From assembly GCA_038331535.1 (NCBI GenBank), contig JBBQPD010000001.1, forward strand, positions 1-29,759: a stretch of DNA of 29,759 nucleotides. Direction: 5' to 3'. Positions 17,926 through 26,494 of this stretch are shown here, in pieces. Position 1 is the stretch's first letter; every line of letters begins with the position of its first letter. Below the pieces are notes generated by a model. The model ran no database searches and was not told the origin of the DNA. It was given only the letters and a program-made list of their open reading frames with translations. The position numbers and the translations under genes were made by a program. Source of the DNA: Gemmatales bacterium (GTDB taxonomy: Bacteria > Planctomycetota > Planctomycetia > Gemmatales > Gemmataceae).

Positions 17926-19335
17926 TTATTTCGGCTCGTAAACGACCAGCACCGCCGGCCGGTTCTTGACTTCCTTCGCTTCGCGCGAATGGGCCGTCAT
18001 GTAGTCGTGCGAGTCGCCGTGCAGCATGAAGCCGTGGTTGGGGTGCTTGCCGTCCGTCCAGAAACGCACGGCTTCGGCGAAGTCGAGCGTGAGCGCTTTG
18101 ACAGTGCCGGGGCCGTGGGCGAGGAACGTTGGCAGGAAGTCCGGGTCTTCACCCCATGACATGCCGCCGATCTCCTTCCAGAACTTGTCCTTCGCATACT
18201 GGAAAGCGTTCACCTCGTACTCTTCCCACGGACGATTGCATGGTTCGACGACCCACATCGTCGGTTTTTTCTCCGGGTTGTGATCGTCCAGGTATTTCTC
18301 ATTCGCCCGCACCACGAGCAGCCGGGCGGCCAGGATATTCGAGCCGGCAGGGATCGTGCCCAGGTCCACGCGCATCAGCGGACTGCGATGGCGCATGAAG
18401 ATTTCGTGCGACGCCGACTTGCCCCGATTGTCGCCGCGATCGACGTAGTTCGTGTCGGGACCGTGACTGTTCCAGTAGGCGTCCTTCCAGCCGGCGAACA
18501 CCTTGTCCGGCTGGGTCGAGTCGTAGCCTGTCTCGCCATCGCGCAGCACGGCCAGCATCACCTTCGGATGTTTCTCTTTGAGCGCGCCGAAGTGCTTCTT
18601 GAAATCGGTCTCCACCTGCTCGACGGAGTTGGGCGTGGGCGCGGTCCACTTCTCTTTCGACATCTTGCCCAGCGCGATCACGGCGTCGGCGGACGATTTG
18701 CCGGACAGGATGGTGTCGGTGCCGGCCAGGATGAACTGCTTTACTTGCGGCGGCGCGACCTTGTCGGTCGATAAACGGATGTTGTCCACGAAGATCGACT
18801 CGCCGTCGTGCGGCTGGTACATGAAGATCTCAAAGCGGATGACCTTGCCCCACTTGGCGGCGATGGCGTAATCGTTCGGCTGCGGCAGCACGGCGACGAT
18901 GTGGTTCGTTCCGGCATGCAGAAAAGCGGTCTTCGTCCAGCGGCTGATGAGCGCCTCCCAGCCGCTGCCGCGCAGGCTCTTCTCCTGATGGACCGTGAAG
19001 CCGACCACGCAGGGCCGGATCACCGTGACGTCGGCCTTGAGCGTCTGGTAGGGCGGCAGCCAGTTGTCGAGTACCTGCGTCGTGGTCACCGTCGGCCAGC
19101 GCCCGCCGGCAAACGTGAGCTTCAAACAGCGTTTGCCGGCGGTCGCATTCTCGGCGACGCACTCCAATTTGACCGGCGGTTCCTTGTCCCTGGCGTCCGG
19201 CAATTCCAGGTTCGACCAGGCCTTGATTTCGGCCGGTTCTTCGAAATCGTAGAGCATCTTCTCCGCGAGATCGGCTTTGCCCGCGACGAAGGCGGGAGCG
19301 CTGAGCAGAAGAGAGAGACAGAGGACGCGACGCAT
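17926..19335 (-). CDS. Secreted protein with N-terminal carbohydrate-binding-like beta-sandwich and C-terminal DNRLRE-like domain
   Basis: Signal peptide MRRVLCLSLLLSAPAFVA; LYDFE start typical of CBM-like modules; C-terminal LMRVDLGTIPAG...ILAARL...NHGFML...SREA...RPAVLVVY pattern. Confidence 0.75.
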   Translation of the reverse strand: MRRVLCLSLLLSAPAFVAGKADLAEKMLYDFEEPAEIKAWSNLELPDARDKEPPVKLECVAENATAGKRCLKLTFAGGRWPTVTTTQVLDNWLPPYQTLKADVTVIRPCVVGFTVHQEKSLRGSGWEALISRWTKTAFLHAGTNHIVAVLPQPNDYAIAAKWGKVIRFEIFMYQPHDGESIFVDNIRLSTDKVAPPQVKQFILAGTDTILSGKSSADAVIALGKMSKEKWTAPTPNSVEQVETDFKKHFGALKEKHPKVMLAVLRDGETGYDSTQPDKVFAGWKDAYWNSHGPDTNYVDRGDNRGKSASHEIFMRHRSPLMRVDLGTIPAGSNILAARLLVVRANEKYLDDHNPEKKPTMWVVEPCNRPWEEYEVNAFQYAKDKFWKEIGGMSWGEDPDFLPTFLAHGPGTVKALTLDFAEAVRFWTDGKHPNHGFMLHGDSHDYMTAHSREAKEVKNRPAVLVVYEPK

Positions 19336-19507
19336 GAGACGTCTCCGGGGCGGAGTCGGAGTAGGAGAGTAGGTTGGACTATACCCGACGGATTTGCGTA
19401 TTTCCATTGTTCCGCCGAGCCGCTGGCGTGTTCAATGGAGATGGTGCGTTTTTCCGCGAACCGCAGGAAAGCACAACCGCATTCGGAACGTAGATCGGGG
19501 GCAACGG

Positions 19508-20890
19508 ATGTGGACGGTCTGGGGCGGTAAACGCCGAGCGTATTGCGATGGGCTTTCACGGCGTGATTTCCTGCGCGTCGGCGCCCTGGGGCTGTCCAGC
19601 TTCACGCTGTCGGATCTCCTGCGCGGCCGTGCGCAGGCCGCGCAGCCGGCCGGCGGCCGCAAGGCGGTTATCATGATCGTCCTGCCCGGCGGCCCTAGCC
19701 ACCTCGATATGTACGATCCGAAGCCAGACGCGCCCGCCGAAATCCGCGGGCCGTTTTCGCCGATCAAGACGAACGTGCCCGGCATACTGTTCTCGGAGCT
19801 GATGCCGCTCCAGGCGAAGATCGCGGACAAGCTGGCGGTCCTGCGCGGACTCAAGACGCACGTCAAGGAACACTACTATCACGAGATCGTCACCGGCTTC
19901 CCGCCGAAACTCAACGGCATCCAGGCCAATCCCTCGGGACGGCCGGCATTCGGCTCGGTGGTCAGCTGGCTGCGCGGCCGCGGCGGCGACGGCATGCCGC
20001 CCTACGTCAGCCTGCGGGCCGCGGCCGCCTTCGGCGAGCTGCGCGACGCGGAGGACGCCGCCTATCTCGGCGCCGGACACCGGCCGTTCGTGCCGCAGGG
20101 GGCGAGCGTGACCAACCTGCGCCTCGGCGACGGCATGACCACGGGCCGTCTCGACGACCGTAAGGAGCTATTGAAATCGATCGACGCCGGGCGCCGCGAG
20201 CTTGACGCCAGGGCCGACGCGGCCGGCAAGGACGAGTTCACCCGGCGGGCGTTCGAGATGCTTGGCTCCCCCAAAGTGCGCGACGCTTTCGACGTGAGCC
20301 GCGAGCCGGAGCCGGTGCGGGCGAAATACGGCGTGAAGGGGCAGTACATCTATTACGGCAGCAAGCTCCCCTGGGATCCGGCCGTCTTCGTGCAGGCCCG
20401 GCGCCTGGTCGAAGCGGGCGTGCCGGTCGTGACGCTGGCCATCGGTTCGTGGGACCATCACAGCCCGAAGGACGGCATCTTCTCCGACTTGAAGACGATG
20501 GTGCCGCAGCTGGACGCCGCGATTTACGGCCTCGTTACCGACCTGCACGAGCGCGGCCTGGAGAAAGACGTGGCCGTCGTCATCTGGGGCGAGATGGGTC
20601 GGACGCCGAAGATTTCCCCGGCGACGGGTGAGGGTTCCGGCGCGGGCCGCGACCACTGGCCGGAGGCCGGCGCCGCCGTATTCGCCGGTGGCGGCTTCCG
20701 GACGGGCCAGGTCATCGGCGCCACCGACGGCCAGGGCGGCCACTCGCGCGATCAACCGTACACGCCGCAGAACGTCTTCGCTACACTATACGATGTCCTC
20801 GGTATCGATCCGGAGCGGATCGTGCCCGACCGCACCGGCCGGCCGACGCCGTTGCTGGACGATTGCGCGAAGATCAAACAATTACTGTGA
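19508..20890 (+). CDS. DUF1501 family protein (Tat-type signal)
   Basis: SRRDFLRVG twin-arginine motif, LPGGPSHLDMYDPKP, ARRLVEAGV, WDHH, GEMGRTPKI, GRDHWP. Confidence 0.95.
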   Translation: MWTVWGGKRRAYCDGLSRRDFLRVGALGLSSFTLSDLLRGRAQAAQPAGGRKAVIMIVLPGGPSHLDMYDPKPDAPAEIRGPFSPIKTNVPGILFSELMPLQAKIADKLAVLRGLKTHVKEHYYHEIVTGFPPKLNGIQANPSGRPAFGSVVSWLRGRGGDGMPPYVSLRAAAAFGELRDAEDAAYLGAGHRPFVPQGASVTNLRLGDGMTTGRLDDRKELLKSIDAGRRELDARADAAGKDEFTRRAFEMLGSPKVRDAFDVSREPEPVRAKYGVKGQYIYYGSKLPWDPAVFVQARRLVEAGVPVVTLAIGSWDHHSPKDGIFSDLKTMVPQLDAAIYGLVTDLHERGLEKDVAVVIWGEMGRTPKISPATGEGSGAGRDHWPEAGAAVFAGGGFRTGQVIGATDGQGGHSRDQPYTPQNVFATLYDVLGIDPERIVPDRTGRPTPLLDDCAKIKQLL

Positions 20891-20920
20891 GCACACTCCG
20901 GCCCGAGGAGAGTCCGAACC

Positions 20921-21508
20921 ATGAAGTCCGCTGCTCGTCAAAGAACCTGGCTCGCCGCGGCCCTGGCGCTGCCCGTCGTTCTGCTTGCGCTGGATGCCGT
21001 CTACGGCCAGAACCAAAGGCCGCCGGTCTTTCAGCCGCAGCCGCCGCCGCCGGTCTTTCAGCCGCAGCCGCCGGTCTTTCAGCCACAGCAACCGGTCTTT
21101 CAGCCACAGCAACCGATCTTTCAGCCGCAGCAACCGATGCCGCCTATTCAGCAGCCGCCGGTCTTCAACCCGCCCCAGGGGCCGATGTTCGTTACCGTGT
21201 GGTCGTGCAATCGTTGCGGAAGGGAACTGGGCCGGGGCGATATCAAGCCTGTCATCGACTCCTGTCCCGGCTGTGGTGCCCGACTGAACGGGTTCGGCTT
21301 CTCTCAGGGTACCTCAAACCCCGGCAAGACGCCGGTGAATCCCGAATCCATGCGGACCGGTGCGATTGTCCTCGGCGGCGTCGTGCTCGGCGTCGGGGTC
21401 ATGGTTGGCGCCGGATTTCTGATTGCCCATTTGCGCAAGCCCGCCCGAAAGCGCGCGCGCCGGCGCCGCCGCGATGAAGACGAAGACGACTTCGATTCTC
21501 GGGATTGA
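20921..21508 (+). CDS. Membrane protein with PVFQPQ repeats, CxxC...CxxC motif, TM helix and Arg/Asp tail
   Basis: N-terminal hydrophobic segment, repeat region, CNRC...CPGC, TM GAIVLGGVVLGVGVMVGAGFLIA, tail RRRRRDEDEDD. Confidence 0.8.
   Translation: MKSAARQRTWLAAALALPVVLLALDAVYGQNQRPPVFQPQPPPPVFQPQPPVFQPQQPVFQPQQPIFQPQQPMPPIQQPPVFNPPQGPMFVTVWSCNRCGRELGRGDIKPVIDSCPGCGARLNGFGFSQGTSNPGKTPVNPESMRTGAIVLGGVVLGVGVMVGAGFLIAHLRKPARKRARRRRRDEDEDDFDSRD
21023..21130 (+). repeat. Coding tandem repeat, five copies of ccggtctttcagccgcag
   Basis: Copies start at 21023, 21050, 21071, 21092 and 21113; the last four have a 21-bp period. Confidence 0.9.
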
Positions 21509-21556
21509 ATCACGAGCCTCATACGGCTCGCGATGCCGCGTGAAACGTAAACGACC

Positions 21557-22048
21557 TCAGTTCACACTCGGCTGCGGGATCATTGGCGGGACGAGGAGCT
21601 TCCACAGATCCTCAGCCGGGGTGTCGAACAGTAGTTCGCCGCTGGCCGGCACCACGGCCCAGTCGCCGACGGTCAACTCGCGCTCCAACTGGCCGCCGCC
21701 CCAACCGGCATAGCCGCGGAATACACGCACGCGCCGGCGCACTTCCTGCCCCGCCTTGCCGGCCCGCTCGAACACGGCCGCATCGCCGACGAAGACGCCG
21801 GGGGCGATCTCCTGCGGGCCGTCCGGTTCAACCCACGCCGAGTTGCCATGCAACAGGAACAAGCCGCCTGATGAACACGGTCCGCCGTCGAAGAGCGGCA
21901 ACGGCAATTCCTCCGTTTCGGACGGCCGATTCACTACCAGGCCGAGAGCGCCTTCCTCGTTGTGGGCCAGCAACACGACCACCGTGCGGGCGAAGTTCGG
22001 ATCGCGCAGGATGGATTTGGCCACCAGGAACTTACCGGCGAGAGACAT
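21557..22048 (-). CDS. YqgE/AlgH family protein (DUF179)
   Basis: LAGKFLVA...DPNFARTVV, GALGLVVNRP, GGP, FRGYAGWGGGQLERE; RBS ggaggg. Confidence 0.92.
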   Translation of the reverse strand: MSLAGKFLVAKSILRDPNFARTVVVLLAHNEEGALGLVVNRPSETEELPLPLFDGGPCSSGGLFLLHGNSAWVEPDGPQEIAPGVFVGDAAVFERAGKAGQEVRRRVRVFRGYAGWGGGQLERELTVGDWAVVPASGELLFDTPAEDLWKLLVPPMIPQPSVN

Positions 22049-22091
22049 GATCGAGGCCCCCTCCGCAGGGTTGGCGTTCGGAGTCGGGGGT

Positions 22092-22100
22092 ATTATAGCA
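22092..22100 (-). promoter_or_regulatory. Extended -10 promoter TGCTATAAT for the YqgE/AlgH gene
   Basis: Perfect TGnTATAAT on the minus strand, 43 nt upstream of ATG 22048. Confidence 0.65.
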
Positions 22101-22158
22101 CGACCCACCCGCCGCGCCGACAAGCGAAATCGTGGATCGTAAAGACGCGAAAACACGA

Positions 22159-22192
22159 ACAGCCTTCCCGGCCATGAGGCTGGGAAGGCTGT
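22159..22192 (-). terminator. Intrinsic terminator downstream of the RRM gene
   Basis: acagccttccc(ggcc)-atga-(ggct)gggaaggctgt hairpin, followed on the minus strand by tcgtgtttt. Confidence 0.7.
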
Positions 22193-22232
22193 CTGTCGTT
22201 TCGTCGCGGTTCGGAGAACCGCGGCTCACGGC

Positions 22233-22556
22233 CTAGTAGCGCCGGCCGCCGCCGACCGTATCACGGTCGCGGCCGCCCGAGGACGGACCGCGACTGGCGC
22301 CGCGGTCTTCGCGCGGCCGCGCTTCGTTGACGGTGAGCGCCCGGCCGTTGATCTCCTGGCCGTTCATGGACTTGATGGCCGCCTGCGCCTGGTCTTCGCT
22401 CTCCATCTCGACGAAGGCGAAGCCCTTGGAGCGACCGGTTTCCCGGTCCATGATGACCTGGGCGGAACGCACGGTGCCGTGCGGCGCGAACAGGTTTTGC
22501 AGATCGCTGTCGGTCATGCCATAGGCAAGGTTCCCGACGTACAGTTTCGTAGCCAC
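22233..22556 (-). CDS. RRM-domain RNA-binding protein
   Basis: RNP2 LYVGNL and RNP1 KGFAFVEM, ALTVNEARPRE, Gly/Arg tail; GTG start at 22556 after gaaagagg. Confidence 0.95.
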   Translation of the reverse strand: MATKLYVGNLAYGMTDSDLQNLFAPHGTVRSAQVIMDRETGRSKGFAFVEMESEDQAQAAIKSMNGQEINGRALTVNEARPREDRGASRGPSSGGRDRDTVGGGRRY

Positions 22557-22734
22557 TGTTGTGCCTCTTTCAGAATGCATCACGCAACACGAGCACGGCC
22601 CAATGCGGGCTGATCCCGTCGCATGAAAAACGTAAACAATCTTGCGAATCGGGATGAGAGAGATGCGAATGGAAGGACAACAGAAAGGGTCGTCACGGCC
22701 ACGAAAGCTCTGCAAACCGTACAAGAACACTGTT

Positions 22735-22763
22735 AATATACGCCGGCAGATTGCAAAAGGCAA
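22735..22763 (-). promoter_or_regulatory. Sigma70-type promoter of the RRM gene
   Basis: TTGCCT - 17 nt - TATATT on the minus strand; implies a ~170-nt 5' leader. Confidence 0.55.
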
Positions 22764-22788
22764 CTCTGGCCGTGGGATTACCGGATTA

Positions 22789-22831
22789 CCGCTTGCGGCT
22801 TAGCGGGGCATTACCGCTAAGCCGCAAGCGG
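22789..22831. repeat. Palindrome family A, copy 2
   Basis: ccgcttgcggcttagcgg - ggcatta - ccgctaagccgcaagcgg. Confidence 0.95.
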
Positions 22832-22843
22832 CACACTGAGGAC

Positions 22844-24154
22844 TCAATCTTTCAAAATCGCGTGGCGTTCAACCTGAACCCGATTGCGGTCCCAGCGCGG
22901 CGCCGGTTCGCGGACGGCGCGGGCGATGGCGCCGATACACTCCGGCTTCTCGACGACGGCGGCGTGCGAGACGTGCAACCGCACCGCCGGCACGCCCTGA
23001 TCCTGAAGGTCATCGCTCCACTGGCTGCGGCAGGTCACTACCCAGTCGGTCTTCACCACGGCGTCGCCGACAACGCAGAGGAACTCAACGCCTTCCGGAA
23101 GACGCGTACCGTCTGCCCGGCAATTGGCGGCCTTCAACGAGTCCACGTAGGGCCGCTGCGTGGAACAGGCGACGGCGCCGAAGTATGCCCAGAAAGAACC
23201 CGCGTTGGGCGTGCAAACCTGCACGACCTTGGTGACGCCGGCGCCGGGATGATGCTCGACGAAGTGACGGCACACCAGCCCGCCGCCGCTGTGGCCGAGC
23301 AGCACCAGGTCGGTGTAACCCATCTTCTTCAGCCGGGCCACGCCCTCCGCCAGCTCCGGCGCCTCAGATACCGCGCACACCGGTACATTCTGCCCGTAAT
23401 AGAAGGCGTACACGTCCGCGTCGCGCTTCAGGATTTGCACCATGAACGAGTCCGGTTCCTGCCAATCCTGGAGGACGGCGCGGGAGGTCAGGTAGCGGTC
23501 AAGCTCGGGCCGGTAGCCGTGAATGAGGATGACCGCCCGCTTCTGCTCGGCGGCGCGCTCGAAGTTCATCGGCCGCTGCGGCACCGGCGCAACCTGCGCG
23601 AACGCCGCGTGCAGCGGCTCCTTCTTCCCCACGGATGACGTCGGCGGCGTCGCGTCGCGCTTCGCCTGCTCCAGCTTCAGGAACAGCTCGCACAACCCCC
23701 TGGCGTCCGCCTCGTCGCATTCGCGCAGCAGCTTACGGCTGTCGCGCCCCGCGGGATGGTCCTCCATGAAGGAGCGGAGTTTCTTCAGCTCTTTCTTGCC
23801 GACGGCGTCCTTGAAAGGCGTGTAATGCGTCGTGGAGCGAACCACCTTGCAATAGTCGAAGCGCCCGGACTGGTCGAGGTAGAACGCCATGCGCGTCGTG
23901 TTGGTGCGCCAGAAGCTCTTGCTCTCGAAGGTAAAAGTCAATTCGTAACCGTCGCTGAGCCGGCGGTAATCGTTGTAGCCGGCGCTGACGTACTTGTAGG
24001 TGGGCAGCGCGAAATAGACGATCGAACGACCGTTGTCCTTGATGATCTCGCGCGCCTGCTGCACTTCCTGCGGCTCGGACGCGGGGAGCGCGGCGCCGTG
24101 GAACACCCAGACAAAAATCACGATCATGCTCGCGAATCGGATGTTGCACCGCAT
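22844..24154 (-). CDS. Secreted alpha/beta hydrolase (esterase/lipase-like) with unassigned N-terminal domain
   Basis: Signal-like N-terminus; VILIHGY oxyanion motif, LLGHSGGG nucleophile elbow, VVQVCTPNAGS, D-x-VV and C-terminal His (SHAAV); RBS gagaggg. Confidence 0.85.
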   Translation of the reverse strand: MRCNIRFASMIVIFVWVFHGAALPASEPQEVQQAREIIKDNGRSIVYFALPTYKYVSAGYNDYRRLSDGYELTFTFESKSFWRTNTTRMAFYLDQSGRFDYCKVVRSTTHYTPFKDAVGKKELKKLRSFMEDHPAGRDSRKLLRECDEADARGLCELFLKLEQAKRDATPPTSSVGKKEPLHAAFAQVAPVPQRPMNFERAAEQKRAVILIHGYRPELDRYLTSRAVLQDWQEPDSFMVQILKRDADVYAFYYGQNVPVCAVSEAPELAEGVARLKKMGYTDLVLLGHSGGGLVCRHFVEHHPGAGVTKVVQVCTPNAGSFWAYFGAVACSTQRPYVDSLKAANCRADGTRLPEGVEFLCVVGDAVVKTDWVVTCRSQWSDDLQDQGVPAVRLHVSHAAVVEKPECIGAIARAVREPAPRWDRNRVQVERHAILKD

Positions 24155-24268
24155 CGGTGGTTCCCTCTCGGGGCTGAACCCGGACGGAGGGGGATAGAGC
24201 GTCCCCGTGTGAGCTTCCCCTTTCATAGTAACTGCGCTGCGCCGGAAGGGAAATAGCGCCAACGATTT

Positions 24269-24312
24269 GCCGCTTGCGGCTTAGCGGGTCTGACCGCGAA
24301 GCCGCAAGCGGC
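24269..24312. repeat. Palindrome family A, copy 3
   Basis: gccgcttgcggcttagcgg - gtctga - ccgcgaagccgcaagcggc; one mismatch. Confidence 0.93.
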
Positions 24313-24397
24313 AATCAGGCTTCCCGCTGGACCTTCGCCTCCGTGCGCATAAACTCCCGATTGCCTCTCCGCCCTGGATTCACTCGGAGGAATAGCT

Positions 24398-26431
24398 GTG
24401 ACCACATACCGCTGGCTGCTGGGAGCGCTCGTCCTCGTCGGCGCCTCGGCGCTGCTCGCCGACGGGCCAGGCGACAATATCGCCGAGAAGGTCCGCCCCG
24501 TCCCGCCGCCCGGTGTCAAGATTGCCGCCGGCGATCGGCAAGAGTTGGAGACCGGTGTTGCCGCGCTCGGCAAGGAGATCGCCGACCTGCGCGCGCTGCT
24601 GGCGAGTAAGCCGGCCCTGCTCGAGCTGCTGCCCGACGTGCAGATTTATCACAACGCCGTGCGTTACGCCCTGGCCAACGACGAGTTTTACAATCTCAAC
24701 GAAGTCGCCGTCGCTCGCAAGTTTCTCACGCAGGGGATGGAGCGGGCGAAGGAATTGCGCGAGGGCAAGTCATCGTGGACGACGAAGACCGGCCTGGTGG
24801 TGCGCGGCTACGTCTCGAAGATCGACGGCTCGGTTCAGCCCTACGGCCTCGTCGTGCCGAAGGAGTACGTCGAAGGTGATGCGGGCAAGTACCGTCTCGA
24901 CGTCTGGTGCCACGGCCGCGGCGAAACACTGAGCGAGTTGAGCTTTCTCAATGGCCGGCAGAGTTCGCCCGGCGAGTTCGCGCCGGCGCACGCCATCGTC
25001 CTGCATCTCTACGGCCGTTACTGCAACGCCAACAAGTTCGCCGGCGAGATCGACTGCCTCGAAGCGCTGGCCCACGTCGAGAAGCACTATCCCATCGACG
25101 AGTATCGCCGTGTGATTCGCGGCTTCTCGATGGGCGGGGCGGCCTGCTGGCAGTTCGCCGTTCACTATCCCAGCCTGTGGTGCGCCGCCGCGCCGGGCGC
25201 CGGCTTCTCCGAGACGGCCGACTTTCTCAAGGTCTTCCAGAAAGAGATCGTCAAGCCGACCGATTTCGAGCAGAAGCTGTGGCACGTCTACGACTGCACC
25301 GACTACGCCGGCAACCTCTTCAACCTGCCGACGGTCGCCTACAGCGGCGAGAAGGATTCGCAGAAACAGGCCGCCGACATGATGGAATCGGCGATGAAAA
25401 AGGAAGGGCTGACGCTGCTGCACTTGATCGGCCCCGGCGCCGGCCACTTCTACAACCCGGTGACGAAGAAGGAGCTGAACCGCCGCATCGACCGCCTGGC
25501 CGAGCGCGGCCGCGAGCTGGTCCCGAACCGCATCAAGTTCACCACCTACACGCTCCGCTACGACCGCAGCTTCTGGTTGCGCATCGACGGCCTGGCCCGG
25601 CACTGGGAGCGGGCCGACGTGGATGCGAACCTCATCGGCGCCGACGGCGCGATCGAGATTCACACCAAGAACGTCACCGCCTTCACGCTGGAAATGGACT
25701 CCGGCGACTTCCCGCTCGACGCGAGCGACAAGCCGAAGGTGACCATTGACGACGAGGAGCTGGAGGGCGCCCCGGTCCTGTCGGACAAGTCGTGGAAGTC
25801 GCACTTCCGCAAGAAAGGCGACACCTGGGAGGCAGTCGAGAAGCCCGATGAGACCGGCCTGGCCAAACGCCACGGCCTGCAAGGGCCGATTGACGACGCC
25901 TTCATGGACAGCTTCCTGATCGTCAAACCGAGCGGCAAGCCCATGAACGACACGACCGGCGCCTGGGCCGACGCCGAGATGAAACGGGCCATCGACCAGT
26001 GGCGCAAGCAGTTCCGCGGCGAGGCGCGCGTGAAGGCGGACAGCGACGTCACCTGGCTCGATGTTGCCCAGCACAACCTGATCCTGTGGGGCGACCCGGC
26101 GAGTAACGGCGTCCTGGGTAACATCGCGGACAAACTGCCTATCAAATGGGGCAAACAGAGCATCGAAGTGAACCGCGCGACGTTCGACGTCGAGAATCAC
26201 GTCGCGGTGATGATCTACCCGAACCCGTTGAACCCGAACCGCTACATCGTGGTGAACAGCGGTTTCACCTTCCGCGATTACGACTACCTGAATAACGCCC
26301 GACAGATACCGAAGCTGCCGGATTACGCGGTGGTGGACGTGCGCACGCCGCCGTCGCCGCGCTGGCCGGGCAAGGTCGTCAAGGCGGGCTTCTTCGACGA
26401 GAAGTGGCGCTTCCCGACGCTGGAAAAGTAA
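24398..26431 (+). CDS. Secreted alpha/beta-hydrolase / prolyl-oligopeptidase-like protein
   Basis: 677 aa; signal peptide, DGSVQPYGLVVP, WCHGRG, GFSMGGA nucleophile elbow, GEKD, GAGH; GTG start after ggagga. Confidence 0.88.
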   Translation: MTTYRWLLGALVLVGASALLADGPGDNIAEKVRPVPPPGVKIAAGDRQELETGVAALGKEIADLRALLASKPALLELLPDVQIYHNAVRYALANDEFYNLNEVAVARKFLTQGMERAKELREGKSSWTTKTGLVVRGYVSKIDGSVQPYGLVVPKEYVEGDAGKYRLDVWCHGRGETLSELSFLNGRQSSPGEFAPAHAIVLHLYGRYCNANKFAGEIDCLEALAHVEKHYPIDEYRRVIRGFSMGGAACWQFAVHYPSLWCAAAPGAGFSETADFLKVFQKEIVKPTDFEQKLWHVYDCTDYAGNLFNLPTVAYSGEKDSQKQAADMMESAMKKEGLTLLHLIGPGAGHFYNPVTKKELNRRIDRLAERGRELVPNRIKFTTYTLRYDRSFWLRIDGLARHWERADVDANLIGADGAIEIHTKNVTAFTLEMDSGDFPLDASDKPKVTIDDEELEGAPVLSDKSWKSHFRKKGDTWEAVEKPDETGLAKRHGLQGPIDDAFMDSFLIVKPSGKPMNDTTGAWADAEMKRAIDQWRKQFRGEARVKADSDVTWLDVAQHNLILWGDPASNGVLGNIADKLPIKWGKQSIEVNRATFDVENHVAVMIYPNPLNPNRYIVVNSGFTFRDYDYLNNARQIPKLPDYAVVDVRTPPSPRWPGKVVKAGFFDEKWRFPTLEK

Positions 26432-26446
26432 CGACGCGCACGATCG

Positions 26447-26490
26447 CGGCTGGCGGCTAAGCGGCACCTGCCCGCTAAGCCGCAAGCGGC
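26447..26490. repeat. Palindrome family A, copy 4 (left arm degenerate)
   Basis: cggctggcggctaagcgg - cacctgc - ccgctaagccgcaagcggc, between convergent genes. Confidence 0.85.
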
Positions 26491-26494
26491 AACA

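Noticed and set aside
21023-21130. 21-bp periodic repeat as a mini-CRISPR
   Set aside because: In-frame coding repeat without unique spacers.
24770-26485. 571-aa ORF on the - strand
   Set aside because: Antisense shadow of the 677-aa hydrolase.
14661-26490. Family A palindromes as a CRISPR array
   Set aside because: Copies are 1.5-8 kb apart, with no regular repeat-spacer periodicity.
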